64,000 bases of DNA from Candidatus Krumholzibacteriia bacterium (GCA_046484865.1 JAWOID010000029.1:1-64000), one strand, 5' to 3'; positions 47,796 to 60,553 are shown, counted from the stretch's first letter. The notes: generated from the sequence alone by a model not told the origin. Numbers and translations: made by a program.

Positions 47796-48608
47796 ATGGC
47801 CGAGCCCCTGACGCTGCCCGATCCGCCCGACCTGCGGCTGGACGACCCCGCCGGCTTCGACGGGATCGCGCTGCAGGGCGTCGACAAGCGGTTCGGGAGC
47901 AAGACGGTGCTCGACGAACTCGACTTGTGGATCCGGCGCGGCGAGACCATCGTCATCATCGGGCGCAGCGGCGAAGGAAAATCGGTGCTGCTGAAGCATA
48001 TCGTCCGGTTGCTGGAGCCCGATCGCGGGCAGATCTGGGTCGAGGGCCAGGAGGTCACGGCCATGCACCGGCCCGAGCTGATGGAGCTGCGCAAGAAGTT
48101 CGGCATGCTCTTCCAGGGATCGGCGCTGTTCGATTCGATGTCCGTCTGCGACAACGTCGGGTTCATGGTGAAGGAGCACAGCGGCTGGTCGGAGCAGCGA
48201 GTCCGGGAACGAGCCTGTGAATGCCTGGCGATGGTGGGACTGGAAGCGTCGGAGGAGAAGCTGCCCAGCGCGCTGTCCGGCGGCATGAAGAAGCGCGCGG
48301 GACTGGCACGGGCCATCGCCATGGAGCCCCAGTACATCCTGTACGACGAGCCGACCACCGGCCTGGACCCGATCACCGCCGACGCCATCAACGATCTCAT
48401 CATCAAGCTCCAGCGTGAGTTGCAGGTCACCTCGGTGGTGGTGACCCACGACATGCAGAGTGCCTTCAAGGTCGCCGACCGGATCGCGATGCTTCGCCAG
48501 GGGCGCATCGTCTACGTCGGGACGGTCCAGGAGCTGGAAACGACCGATCACCCCATGGTGCGGCAGTTCATCGCCGGTAGCGCCCAGGGCCCCTTGGGCG
48601 CATTCTAG
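47796..48608 (+). CDS. mlaF: MlaF family ABC ATPase
   Basis: GRSGEGKS, FQGSALFDS, LSGGMKKR and YDEPTTGLDP. Confidence 0.93.
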   Translation: MAEPLTLPDPPDLRLDDPAGFDGIALQGVDKRFGSKTVLDELDLWIRRGETIVIIGRSGEGKSVLLKHIVRLLEPDRGQIWVEGQEVTAMHRPELMELRKKFGMLFQGSALFDSMSVCDNVGFMVKEHSGWSEQRVRERACECLAMVGLEASEEKLPSALSGGMKKRAGLARAIAMEPQYILYDEPTTGLDPITADAINDLIIKLQRELQVTSVVVTHDMQSAFKVADRIAMLRQGRIVYVGTVQELETTDHPMVRQFIAGSAQGPLGAF

Positions 48609-48658
48609 GTCACGGTTCCGGCTGCAACGGACCGGTGACGACGAGCGGAGCGAGAGCA

Positions 48659-49552
48659 ATGGATCATCAGAAGCGCGAGGTGCAGCTCGGAGTGACGGTG
48701 CTCGTATCGACGCTGGTGCTCGTGATCGGATTCCTCTGGTTCGAACGCGTGCGGATCGGTGGCGGCATGGACGAGTACCACGCCGACTTTCCGGCCGTGG
48801 CCGGACTGCAGGTGGGCGACCGGGTCCAGGTGCGCGGCATTCGCATGGGCGTGGTCACCGACCTCGCCATCCGCCAGGATGTCGTCCGGGTCAGCTTCGA
48901 CGTGGACGAGACCGTCGAGATGCGTCAGGACGCCCGGGTGAAGCTTTCATCCAAGGGCATCGTGGGCGAGGTGCTGCTCGAGATCGATCCCGGCGGGGGA
49001 GAACCGGCGCCGCCGGGTTGGGTCTTCACCGGCGTGGAGACCATGGCGCTGGACCAGGTGGCCGAGGTAGCGGGGCGGACGCTGCAGAAGGTGGACTCGC
49101 TGGTGGGAGAGTTGCAGGAGATCATCGGCGGGCTCAACGAGAACGGCGACATCGCCTCCACCGCGGCGGAGGTGCGGGAAGCCGTGAGCGGACTCGGCAG
49201 CATGGTGCAGGAGAACCGCAGTGAGCTGCGCACGCTGGTGCGGGACGCGGCCGCCGCCGCGGCGACGCTGCGCGAGACCGTGGAGGACCCGGCCCTGCGG
49301 CAGGCCATCGAGGGCGCCGGCGGCACGCTCGCCCGGGCCGACTCGCTGGTGGCGAGCCTGGGTATCACGGCCGCGCGCGCCGACTCCCTCCTGTCGCGCA
49401 TCGAGACGGGCGAAGGGACGCTGGGGCGCCTGATGGGCGACGAGAGCCTGTACGCGCAGGCCGACTCGACGCTGATGTCCCTGCATCGGCTGCTCGACGA
49501 GCTGCGGCGCAACCCCAAGCGGTTCTTCCGCCTGAACGTGATCGACCTCTGA
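48659..49552 (+). CDS. mlaD: MlaD/MCE family protein
   Basis: N-terminal TM, MCE motif GLQVGDRVQVRGIRMG.V, helical C-terminus and GEGTLGRL..D..LY. Confidence 0.9.
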   Translation: MDHQKREVQLGVTVLVSTLVLVIGFLWFERVRIGGGMDEYHADFPAVAGLQVGDRVQVRGIRMGVVTDLAIRQDVVRVSFDVDETVEMRQDARVKLSSKGIVGEVLLEIDPGGGEPAPPGWVFTGVETMALDQVAEVAGRTLQKVDSLVGELQEIIGGLNENGDIASTAAEVREAVSGLGSMVQENRSELRTLVRDAAAAAATLRETVEDPALRQAIEGAGGTLARADSLVASLGITAARADSLLSRIETGEGTLGRLMGDESLYAQADSTLMSLHRLLDELRRNPKRFFRLNVIDL

Positions 49553-49769
49553 CGCCGTCGGGCCGCGGGTCGCCGCGGGGCGCGATCCGCGCTTCGGGTG
49601 CGCCGACCGCGTGCTCGCCGCCGGCGATGCAGCGGTCGCGGAGCGGCCCGCTGGACAGGGCGGGAGGCCGCGACTTTCTTGGTGAAGCTCGACGAGCGGC
49701 GACACGGCCGCAGACACGCCGGCCCCGGCCGCGTCCGGACCGACCACCTCGGATTGCGGGAGGACGAGG

Positions 49770-50282
49770 ATGAGCGACAGCCAGAAGCAGGCGATGATCC
49801 AGGCGGTGAAAGACGCCCTGATGGTGGAGATCAAGGGCAAGGAGCTGTACAGCCACGCTGCGACGCAGACCGAGGATCCGGCGGCGCGGGTGCTGTTCGA
49901 GACCCTCGCCCGGGACGAGGAGGACCACGTCCGCGTGCTCCAGGTCCAGTACCGCAGCCTCGTGGAGGATGGGCGGGTGGACCTGACGCGGGTGCATCCC
50001 GCCGAGGTGGACCACGGCTCGGGCAAGATCGTCGATGACCAGTTCAAGCGATCGCTCAAGCGCGGTACCTTCGAGATGGCGGTCATCGGCATCGGCTGCG
50101 ATTTGGAGCAGAAGGCCATCCGGTACTACAAGGAGCAGGCCGCGCAGACCCATGATCGAGACCTGAAGCAGCTCTTCGAGTGGCTCGTCGAGTGGGAAGA
50201 CGGCCACCTCGAACAGCTCCTGGAACTGGAGAAATTCTACCAGGACGCCTACTGGGCCGACCAGGGCTTCTCACCCATGTAG
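49770..50282 (+). CDS. Ferritin-like (rubrerythrin family) protein
   Basis: Two E...Y...E(E)xxH di-iron half-sites (DEEDH, WEDGH). Confidence 0.85.
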   Translation: MSDSQKQAMIQAVKDALMVEIKGKELYSHAATQTEDPAARVLFETLARDEEDHVRVLQVQYRSLVEDGRVDLTRVHPAEVDHGSGKIVDDQFKRSLKRGTFEMAVIGIGCDLEQKAIRYYKEQAAQTHDRDLKQLFEWLVEWEDGHLEQLLELEKFYQDAYWADQGFSPM

Positions 50283-50296
50283 AAGGGGTCGGCGCG

Positions 50297-51919
50297 GTGC
50301 AACCGTTTCCGTCCACCGGGAGCGTTCCGGCTGCCCCGGGAACGTCCGGCAGCCCTGCCGACGGAGACGGGACGGAGCGGGGACGCCGGTGCAGCCGCTG
50401 GGCGCACGCGGCCGTGCTGGCCGTCGCCACCGGCTACCTCGGGCTCTTCGTCGTCCTGGCATTCCTGCGCGTGCCGTACCCGTACGAGCTGGAATGGATG
50501 GAGGGCGGCGCCGTGGACCACGTGCGCCGCCTGCTCGAGGGGCATCGCCTCTACGGGCCGCCCACGCTGGAGTTCGTTCCCTTCATCTACACGCCCCTGT
50601 ACTTCTGGGTGAGCGCGCTGGCGGCGGCCGTGCTGGGCGTGGACTTCCTCGCGCTGCGCCTGGTGTCGGCGGCCGCCGCGGTCGCGGCGTTCCTGCTGCT
50701 GAGCGAGCTGGCGAGGCGCGAGACGGGCTCGCGTGCCGCTGGGCTGATCGCGGCAGGGATCTTCGCCGCCACGTACCGCGCCAGCGGGGCCTGGTTCGAC
50801 GTGGCCCGCGTGGACATTCTGATGGTGGCGCTCCTGCTGGCGGCGCTCCTCTCGTATCGCCGCGCCGAAAGCTGGCGCGGCGACGTGGCGGCGGGGATGT
50901 GGCTCTGTCTCGCCGTGCTCGCCAAGCAATCTGCGCTCGTGCTGGGCGCCTCGCTGCTCCTGCACGGCCTGGTCACCCGGCCCGGCTGGCGCCGTCTGGC
51001 GCTGCCCGCCGGCACGGTGCTGCCGCTGCTGGTCTCCACCGCGCTCATGCAGGGCGGCAGCGACGGCTGGTACGTCTACTACGTGCTCGATCTGCCGCGC
51101 CAGCACGCCCTCGCGCCGGAGTTCGCCGGCTGGTGGTTCTGGCGGGGAGACCTGCTCGCGGAGGTGCCGGTGCTGCTGGCGCTGGCGGCGGCCCTGCCTG
51201 CGGCGGTCCTGCGGGCGACGGTCCTGCGGGCGACGGCCCTGCCGGCGGCCGTCCGGCTCCGGTACCGGCGCGACGCGCTGCTCGCCGCGCTCCTGCTGGC
51301 CGGCGCGGTGGCGGCGGCCTGGCTCGGGCGACTGCACTCCGGCGGCTGGGACAACGTCCTGATGCCGCTGCATGCGGTGCTGAGCCTGCTGGCGGCCGTG
51401 ACCTACCAGGCGGCGCGCCGCCGCTTCACCGCCTGCACCGATCCGCGCGCAGCCGCGGCGGCCGCGCTGCTGCCGCTGCTGATCCTGGTCCAGCTCGCGT
51501 GGCTGGCCTACCCGCCGGCGGCCCAGCTGCCCACCACGGCCGATCGCGCCGCGGGCGACGCCATGATCGCCCGCCTGCGCGGCCTGCCGGGCGATGTGTT
51601 CATTCCCTATCACGGCCACTACGCGGCGCTGGCCGGCAAGCCATCCTGGGCTCACGCTGCTGCCGTCTCGGACGTCCTGCGCGGCGACGACCCCCGGCGC
51701 ACGGAGGACCTGCTCGAGTTGCTGCGCGACGCGCTGGCCGAGGGGCGTTTCACCGCCCTGGTGCTGGACGAGCCCCTGCCCGAACTGGCGCAGGTGGAGC
51801 ATCCGTACCGCGATGCCGGCCCCGTGTTCGAGCGGCCGGGCGTCTTCTGGCCGGTGACCGGCCGGCCCACCCGTCCCGAGCATCTGCTGCTCCACGCGGG
51901 ACGACTGGCAGCCGAGTAG
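50297..51919 (+). CDS. Multi-TM GT-C-type glycosyltransferase-like membrane protein (start uncertain)
   Basis: YELEWMEG loop, IYTPLY, ARVD, LAKQS and many TM segments. Confidence 0.7.
   Translation: MQPFPSTGSVPAAPGTSGSPADGDGTERGRRCSRWAHAAVLAVATGYLGLFVVLAFLRVPYPYELEWMEGGAVDHVRRLLEGHRLYGPPTLEFVPFIYTPLYFWVSALAAAVLGVDFLALRLVSAAAAVAAFLLLSELARRETGSRAAGLIAAGIFAATYRASGAWFDVARVDILMVALLLAALLSYRRAESWRGDVAAGMWLCLAVLAKQSALVLGASLLLHGLVTRPGWRRLALPAGTVLPLLVSTALMQGGSDGWYVYYVLDLPRQHALAPEFAGWWFWRGDLLAEVPVLLALAAALPAAVLRATVLRATALPAAVRLRYRRDALLAALLLAGAVAAAWLGRLHSGGWDNVLMPLHAVLSLLAAVTYQAARRRFTACTDPRAAAAAALLPLLILVQLAWLAYPPAAQLPTTADRAAGDAMIARLRGLPGDVFIPYHGHYAALAGKPSWAHAAAVSDVLRGDDPRRTEDLLELLRDALAEGRFTALVLDEPLPELAQVEHPYRDAGPVFERPGVFWPVTGRPTRPEHLLLHAGRLAAE
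51189..51248 (+). repeat. In-frame 4 x 15-bp tandem repeat ([20 protein letters not shown])
   Basis: CGGTCCTGCGGGCGA twice, flanked by two CGGCCCTGCC.GCGG units. Confidence 0.7.
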
Positions 51920-52071
51920 CGCCCGTGGCCGGGGTGAGGGAGCGTCGCGACTCCCGGTGGCCCACGTCCGGTTGTCAAACCGGCCGGGATCGCTCATATT
52001 CCCGCGACGGCGGTCCGTTCGGCGGGCCGCTCCCACGAGGCGCGGAACGTGTTCAGCGAGGAATTCACGCG

Positions 52072-54495
<2,424 letters not shown>

Positions 54496-54525
54496 CGTCG
54501 TCATCGCCGCCGGCAAGGATTGGGC

Positions 54526-55368
54526 TCACGGCGTGCCGTCGGACGGGCGCGGGCGGCTGGTGACGAGCACGGTGCCGCCGGGAGGCGCCGCCGGATCGGC
54601 GCCGGCGCGGAGCTGGATGCGCTCGGCCGGCCCGGCCAGCACCCTGTCGAGGGTCGCTCCGGCGATCAGGGCCAGCTCGCGAGCCTCCTGCTCCGTGGGC
54701 GCCAGCACCTCCAATCTCACCGGCAGGGTGACCGCGGCGTTCCGGTCGATCAGGCGCGCCGCGCGCTCCAGACGCGGCAGCAGGGCCTGCAGGTCTTCGT
54801 CCCGCCCCGGCACGGAGCCGGGCCGCGCCGGGGCGGCCGCCGCGCCGGGCCGCAGCGTGCCCGCCGGACGCCAGCCTGCCTGCCCGTCCGCGGCGAGATC
54901 GCGGGCACTGAAGAGGACGCTCACCTGCGCGCCGTCCTCGCGCACGTAGGATGGGATCACGAACTCGGGCCCGACCACGTGCGAGACGTGGCCGAGGATG
55001 TCGCACGTCGTCAACAGCCAGGTGTGCGACATGCCCGCCCAGGCGTATGATCCCTGGAGGGTGTGACCGTCCCACGCGATCTCCGCGGGGGGTGCTCCGG
55101 TGCCGGCGAACACGGAAATCTCCTCGCCGCCGGCCGTCACGACGGCGAGCCGCCATTCCGCGGCCTCGAGGATGCCGGGACGGAAGCGAGCGACCGGGCG
55201 GTGGGCCGAATCCTGCAGGAGCACGTCGGGCTCCAGCAGGTGCTGCGCGGCGGAGCGGGACGAAGGCGGCGCGACGGCGCCGCGCACCGTCCCCGCCGGG
55301 AAGCCGTTCACGCCGCCCGCATCCAGGAGCAGCGTCAGAACGATAGCGTGCAGCCGAATCCAATCCAT
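54526..55368 (-). CDS. Hypothetical protein with FlgD-Ig-like segment
   Basis: Hydrophobic N-terminus; WRLAV...G.EI..F.G.GAPP.EIAWDG pattern; fills the gap between leuS and the EVE gene. Confidence 0.5.
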   Translation of the reverse strand: MDWIRLHAIVLTLLLDAGGVNGFPAGTVRGAVAPPSSRSAAQHLLEPDVLLQDSAHRPVARFRPGILEAAEWRLAVVTAGGEEISVFAGTGAPPAEIAWDGHTLQGSYAWAGMSHTWLLTTCDILGHVSHVVGPEFVIPSYVREDGAQVSVLFSARDLAADGQAGWRPAGTLRPGAAAAPARPGSVPGRDEDLQALLPRLERAARLIDRNAAVTLPVRLEVLAPTEQEARELALIAGATLDRVLAGPAERIQLRAGADPAAPPGGTVLVTSRPRPSDGTP

Positions 55369-55793
55369 CGTCATTCCTCGTGACGCCGTCGAGCAGTGAC
55401 TCCTTGGCGCCGTGACGCCGTGGCGCCCCGCGCGCAGCCGTCCGGTCCGGAGCGAACCCGGGCGAGCACGATCGGTCGGATCGAAGCTCCAAGTTCCATG
55501 CCCCGGCAATGGCCGGCGCACCGGCGGCGCAGGCGACCGGGTCGCGGGAGATCGTTCCGGGTAGCGGCCCCGCATTCTTGCGCGACGCTATCGTGGTCAG
55601 GCCGATGCAATGCAGCCTGCACGCGCGGTGACCGGGGGGCGCGGGGGCTGCGCGACGGACGACGCAGGACGAGACGGGGGGACGGGACGACGGACGGCGG
55701 GACGACCGGGGACGAGACGACGAGGCGGTCTGGCCGCGTCCAGCGAGCAGCCGGGCCGGCGACCGGACGGCCAGTCGATCGGGGAGGGTGGAC

Positions 55794-56201
55794 ATGGCGC
55801 AGCGACGGTGGCTCGTGAAGACCGAACCCGACGAGTACGCCTACGACGATCTGGAACGCGAGGGAGTCGGCGTCTGGGACGGCGTGCGCAACGCGACGGC
55901 GCTGCGTCACCTGCGCGGCTTCACGCCCGGCGACGAGGTCCTGGTGTATCACACGGGCCGGGAACGCCGGGTGGTCGGGCTCGCGCGGGTGGTGCGCGGC
56001 GCCTATCCCGACCCGTCCGCCGGCGATCCGAGGTACGTCGTCGCGGACCTCGCGCCCGTGCGGCGGCTCGAGCCGCCGGTCACCCTGGCCGAGATCAAGG
56101 CGGATCCGGCGCTCGCCGCCTGCGACCTGGTGCGGTTGCCTCGCCTCTCGGTGATGCCGGTGCCGGCCGTGCTGTGGCGCCGAGTCGTCGGTCGGCGCTG
56201 A
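55794..56201 (+). CDS. EVE domain protein
   Basis: WLVKTEP..Y..DDL, WDGVRN, GD.VL.YHT and RLSVMPV...W. Confidence 0.92.
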   Translation: MAQRRWLVKTEPDEYAYDDLEREGVGVWDGVRNATALRHLRGFTPGDEVLVYHTGRERRVVGLARVVRGAYPDPSAGDPRYVVADLAPVRRLEPPVTLAEIKADPALAACDLVRLPRLSVMPVPAVLWRRVVGRR

Positions 56202-56208
56202 ACCTCGG

Positions 56209-57519
56209 TCAAGGCAGCAGCGGCAGCCGCAGCACCACATGCTGCTCTCCCGGCGGGGGCGGGCCCAGGGGGCTGCGCCCGTCGGTCTGCAGGAACGGGT
56301 TGGCCACGAACAGAAAATCGTCTCCGGCCACGGCCCCGGTGGTCGGCGTGCGAAACGCCGGATGACCTGCCTCGAGCAGTTCGGCCGCCAGGAGCCGGCG
56401 TCCGGCCGCATCCAGGCTCAGGCGCCAGACCCGTCCCGGCGCCACCATGTTCTGGATGCCGATCAGGTCGTCGCCGTGACGGTCGAGGCCATCGATGCCG
56501 CCGAGGTGTCGGGCCGACCCCGCATCCGGCGCCGGCGCCACCCGTTCCGCCGCGCCGCTCAGGCGGTCGATGCGAACGAGTCCGAGCAAGTCGGCCACCA
56601 CCACGGCCGAGCCGTCGGTCGAGAGCGCGATTCCGTTGGGCGACACCAGTACGCCGGGCCGGTCCAGTCGCACGAGGTCCGTGGAGCCCGGATCGATTCG
56701 CAGCACCATGTCGCCGCGGGTGTCGGTGACGTAGACGGTGCCGTCGGACGCCACGGTGAGATCGTTCATCAGCGCTGGCCGGTGTGGAGCCGCCCAGCGG
56801 CCGCGAGTGGCCCCGGTGGCCAGATCGAAGGCATGCACCTCGGCGCGGCCCGACAGCGAGTCGCACCAGCCCCGCATGTACCGGCCCGCGGCACTCGCCA
56901 CCCACAGCCAGCCGCGCTGCAGGTCCACCTCCATGCCGAGCACGCCGAGCAGTCCGTCCCGACCTTCCGGCACCAGGTCGCGGCAGGCGCCGCCGGCCTC
57001 CACCGCCACGACGGTGCGGCGGTGGCCGCTGGAGAGGAGCAGGCGGCGTCCGCCAGGATCCCAGGCGCTGCCCTCGGGCATCAGATCGAGGCAAGCGAGC
57101 ACCTGCAGCGTGTCGGCGCGGTTGACCGACGGTACGCGCGCGTTCAGCCGCGCCGCCAGTTCCGCGAACCCGGGCTCGGCGGCGGTACCGGGAAACTTCG
57201 CCGAGTCGAGCGGATGGTCCCAGTCCGCCATCTCCAGCAGGCGTTGCAGCAGCGCCAGGACGGCCGCCGGGTCGCCTGCAGCGTCCTCCATCCGGGCCAG
57301 GGTGTACACGACCACGCCATTCTCGGGGTCGCGGTCCAGCAGGGCACGGATCTGCGGACGGACGTCGGCGGCGGTCGGAGCGGGCAGCAGTGGCAACAGA
57401 GACACGCAGGCGGCCGCCGTGACGATGCCGATCCGGATACGGGGATGGATCGCGGATCGCCCGCGGCGGGCTGTCGCGAGCGGCGGCGAGCGGCGCCGCC
57501 TGACATGGTTCGGGCTCAT
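56209..57519 (-). CDS. Secreted SMP-30/gluconolactonase-like beta-propeller with N-terminal TPR-like region
   Basis: PEGSAWD, NDLTV..DG.VYVTD, PNGIALS.DG and GIDGL. Confidence 0.75.
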   Translation of the reverse strand: MSPNHVRRRRSPPLATARRGRSAIHPRIRIGIVTAAACVSLLPLLPAPTAADVRPQIRALLDRDPENGVVVYTLARMEDAAGDPAAVLALLQRLLEMADWDHPLDSAKFPGTAAEPGFAELAARLNARVPSVNRADTLQVLACLDLMPEGSAWDPGGRRLLLSSGHRRTVVAVEAGGACRDLVPEGRDGLLGVLGMEVDLQRGWLWVASAAGRYMRGWCDSLSGRAEVHAFDLATGATRGRWAAPHRPALMNDLTVASDGTVYVTDTRGDMVLRIDPGSTDLVRLDRPGVLVSPNGIALSTDGSAVVVADLLGLVRIDRLSGAAERVAPAPDAGSARHLGGIDGLDRHGDDLIGIQNMVAPGRVWRLSLDAAGRRLLAAELLEAGHPAFRTPTTGAVAGDDFLFVANPFLQTDGRSPLGPPPPGEQHVVLRLPLLP

Positions 57520-57661
57520 CGGATCACCTCCGGTTGCGAACTACGCGCGCCCGCCTGCGGGGGTTGCGCTCGCCGGAACGCGCGCGGGGAGCGCTGCCGG
57601 TCGCGCGCCGCGCGACGCCGAGGCTTGCCGCCCGCGGTCCGCGCGGGTACCCTGTGGCGCC

Positions 57662-58339
57662 ATGAACAAGCACAGCTTGCTCGCGAGGTCGGGCGCGGTG
57701 GCGTTCCTGCTGGTCGTGGCTCTCGCGGTCGCCGGGTGCGGCGACGGGGGCGAGACCGAGCAGGTCCAGTCGAGCGGCACGGCTGACGCACGTTCACAGC
57801 AGGTATCCGGGCAGCAGAGGCAGGACGGGGGCGACGAACCCGTCGCCGGGGCTGCAACCACGCTGGCCGGGGTCACGTTTCGGCCACCGGACGGCTGGCG
57901 CGCTCTCGGCGCCAGCGGCATGCGGCAGGCGCAGTATGAACGACCGCCGGTCGAGGGCGATCGCGACCCTGCGGAGGTCAACGTGTACTACTTCGGTCCG
58001 CAGGCGGGCGGCGCCGTGGATGCCAACCTCCAGCGCTGGATCGGCCAGATGATCCCTCCAGGCGGAGGCGATCCGGGCGAGGCCGCCGAGCGCAGCGGCT
58101 TCGAGGTGGACGGGATGACCGCCCACGTGGTGAGCATCGACGGTACCTACGACCCGGGCACGGGGCGCGCGATGGGCGCGCCGGCGGGTCCGCAGGAGAA
58201 TTACCGGCTGGTGGGGATCGTGCTCGAGGCGCCCGGCGGGAATCTGTTCTTCAAGCTCACCGGTCCGCAGGCCACCGCGCACGCCATGGAAGACGATCTC
58301 CTGGCGATGATCCGGTCGGTCGAGAGGGCCGGGGACTGA
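57662..58339 (+). CDS. Uncharacterised lipoprotein
   Basis: Lipobox LAVAG-C; conserved-looking MRQAQY, YYFG..GG.VDANLQRWIGQ and FFKLTGP. Confidence 0.75.
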   Translation: MNKHSLLARSGAVAFLLVVALAVAGCGDGGETEQVQSSGTADARSQQVSGQQRQDGGDEPVAGAATTLAGVTFRPPDGWRALGASGMRQAQYERPPVEGDRDPAEVNVYYFGPQAGGAVDANLQRWIGQMIPPGGGDPGEAAERSGFEVDGMTAHVVSIDGTYDPGTGRAMGAPAGPQENYRLVGIVLEAPGGNLFFKLTGPQATAHAMEDDLLAMIRSVERAGD

Positions 58340-58507
58340 TCGCGCCGTGTCGTTCGGGGATATTCCGATTGCTGACGAACCCGTGACATGTTTTCGAGTC
58401 GGGGAGGGGGTCCGGCGGGCGTCAGCCTGCTCGACGAGTCGCGGTTCACGGGGCATAGACGAGCTCCGCTCCTCGACGGACCGCGACCAGGATAAGGGAG
58501 TCCCGCG

Positions 58508-58873
58508 ATGCGCAAGATTATCGTTCCAGTTGCACTTGTCACGGTCATCGTCATCGGATTCGCCGCGGCCGCCGGTGGGTACGGTTTCCTCGGTGACGAA
58601 TGGAAGCTGTACTACCCGGAGGCCTGCGCTCTCCTGGACGCCGCCGCAGACGATTGCACCCTTTGCCACGGCGCGGGCGTCAGCCTCAACCCCTACGGGA
58701 CCGCTCTGCAGGGGGTCGGCAACAACGACTTCGAGGCCGTCGAGAACCTGGACTCCGACTTCGACGGGCGTACCAATGGGGAAGAGATCTTGCAGGACTG
58801 CACGCTGCCCGGCGATACGACGTCGCCCGCGGATCTCCAGACCTGGACGCACGTGAAGGCGCTGTTCCGCTAG
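58508..58873 (+). CDS. Small secreted CxxCH protein with DxDxDG loop and C-terminal TWxxVKALFR tail
   Basis: Signal peptide; CTLCH; LNPYG; DSDFDGRTNGEE; ends ...QTWTHVKALFR; SD AAGGGAG. Confidence 0.8.
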   Translation: MRKIIVPVALVTVIVIGFAAAAGGYGFLGDEWKLYYPEACALLDAAADDCTLCHGAGVSLNPYGTALQGVGNNDFEAVENLDSDFDGRTNGEEILQDCTLPGDTTSPADLQTWTHVKALFR

Positions 58874-58903
58874 CAGGGGAGTGGCACAGGCAGCCGAATG
58901 ATG

Positions 58904-58943
58904 CGCGCCCGCGGAGGATCCTGCCGCGGGCGCGTCGCTTTTT
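58904..58943 (+). terminator. Intrinsic terminator
   Basis: 11-bp stem CGCGCCCGCGG / CCGCGGGCGCG followed by a T5 run. Confidence 0.65.
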
Positions 58944-58995
58944 CCGGCCGTGAGCGAGGCGGGGGATCCGTGAACGGGCGCCGACACCGCAGGGG

Positions 58996-59394
58996 TCAGA
59001 TGGCGCCCTCGCTGCGGGCGTCCTCCTCCTCCTGGGCCTCGATGCAGAGGCGAGCCGTGGGAATGGCCTTCAGCCGTGCCTTGTTGATCGGTTTGCCCGT
59101 CTTCTCGCAGATGCCGAAGGTGCCGTCCTCGATGCGCTGCAACGCGTCGTCGATCTCGCGCAGGTACGACCGCTGGGTCGCCGACAGCAGGAGCTGGGTC
59201 TCGTAATCGAATTCGTCGGAGCCCATGTCGGCCAGGTGGTTGCTGTGCGCCCGGCCGGTGCTGCCCTCGTATTCGCCGTCGGCGTGGCCGATGATCTTCT
59301 GAGCGCGACTCACACTGCGCAGCAGCCGATTCCGCTCGCCGACGAGGGTCTCGCGAAACCGCTCGAGATCGGCCTTGCTCAGATGTGTCTTCAT
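58996..59394 (-). CDS. TraR/DksA family transcription factor (two-Cys variant)
   Basis: Coiled coil with HLADMGSD tip; ALQRIEDGTFGICEKTG.PI..ARL.AIP.ARLCIEA. Confidence 0.9.
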   Translation of the reverse strand: MKTHLSKADLERFRETLVGERNRLLRSVSRAQKIIGHADGEYEGSTGRAHSNHLADMGSDEFDYETQLLLSATQRSYLREIDDALQRIEDGTFGICEKTGKPINKARLKAIPTARLCIEAQEEEDARSEGAI

Positions 59395-59590
59395 GAACGT
59401 CGGACCTCCTGCTGCGCTGCGATCAGCGCTTCACCGGGACACCCGGAGGGTGCGCGGGCACGGGGAAGCGCTGGAAAGGATAAGGCCGAATGACTCCGGC
59501 GCAAGGGCCAATGAACACGGCTCGCCCGCCACGGTTCCCCCGGATGAGGGACGCGCGTGCAACCGGTCGGCGCCGGTCGCGCAGCGACGG

Positions 59591-60553
59591 TCAGAGCGGC
59601 TCCTCGAGAGGGATGCGCGGCCCCAGCCCGAAGTGCCGCTCCGCCCTGCGTCGCAGCCGCGCCCGCAGGCCGGTCCAGTCCCGGAGGATCTTCTGCAACT
59701 CGGGAATGGCGTCGCGCGCAGCCGCGTAGCCGCGCGCCCGGCAGGCGGTGCCCTGGCGGAAATCCGCCCAGTGGAACTGGCCCACGGAGGGACGGATCAC
59801 GACATCCGCGGTGGCGCACACGAAGTGGTTCAGACGCTGCCGTGCCACGGCGTTCGACCGCAGGATGAGGTCGAGACCGGTCGAGAAGCGGGTGGAGTCG
59901 AAGGCGGGGATGTCGACGGCCACGACCACGTCCGCACCCAGGGCGCGGCATGCCTCCACGGGCACCCGGTACGGTCCGCCGCCGTCGCAGATGAGCATTC
60001 CCTTGCTCTCCAGCGGCGGGAAGACTGCGGGAATGGCGCTGCTCGCGTACACCGCATCCACCAGGCCGCCGTCTCTGAACACCACCGGCTTGCCGGTGAT
60101 CAGGTCCATCGCGACGGCGGCGAACGGGATCTCGAGGTCGGCGAAGCTGGCCTCGCCGAACAGCTCGAGCAGCGGCCGGCGCAGCCTTTCCGAGTTCTCC
60201 ACGCTCAGACGCGTGACCGTCTTCACCTCCACCAGCTTGCGCTGCATGTGGTCGAAGAGGCTGGCCAGGCGGGTGACGCGCGAGATCTCGTCGCCGTTGT
60301 GGTCGCGGGGAACGAACGTCGCCCAGTAGGAGGCGAACTCTTCGTTGGTGCAGTAGCCGTGCAGGCGCGGCCAGACGCGGGCAGCCGAAGGGTCCTCGCA
60401 GTACAGCGCGCCGACGATGGAGCCCATGCTCGTGCCGGCCACGAGGTGCGGGCGCAGTCCGGCCTCTTCCAGAGCGTCGAGGACACCGGCATGCGCCAGG
60501 CCGCGGGCTCCGCCGCTGCCGAGTGCGAGTCCGAGGCGGGGCGAGTGGTTCAT
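59591..60553 (-). CDS. Patatin-like phospholipase
   Basis: LGSGGARGLAH, GTSMG (GxSxG), ASSAIP and DGG. Confidence 0.92.
   Translation of the reverse strand: MNHSPRLGLALGSGGARGLAHAGVLDALEEAGLRPHLVAGTSMGSIVGALYCEDPSAARVWPRLHGYCTNEEFASYWATFVPRDHNGDEISRVTRLASLFDHMQRKLVEVKTVTRLSVENSERLRRPLLELFGEASFADLEIPFAAVAMDLITGKPVVFRDGGLVDAVYASSAIPAVFPPLESKGMLICDGGGPYRVPVEACRALGADVVVAVDIPAFDSTRFSTGLDLILRSNAVARQRLNHFVCATADVVIRPSVGQFHWADFRQGTACRARGYAAARDAIPELQKILRDWTGLRARLRRRAERHFGLGPRIPLEEPL

Noticed and set aside
55794..56201. EVE protein as part of a modification-dependent restriction system
   Set aside because: It is a stand-alone gene with no adjacent nuclease, ATPase or methylase.
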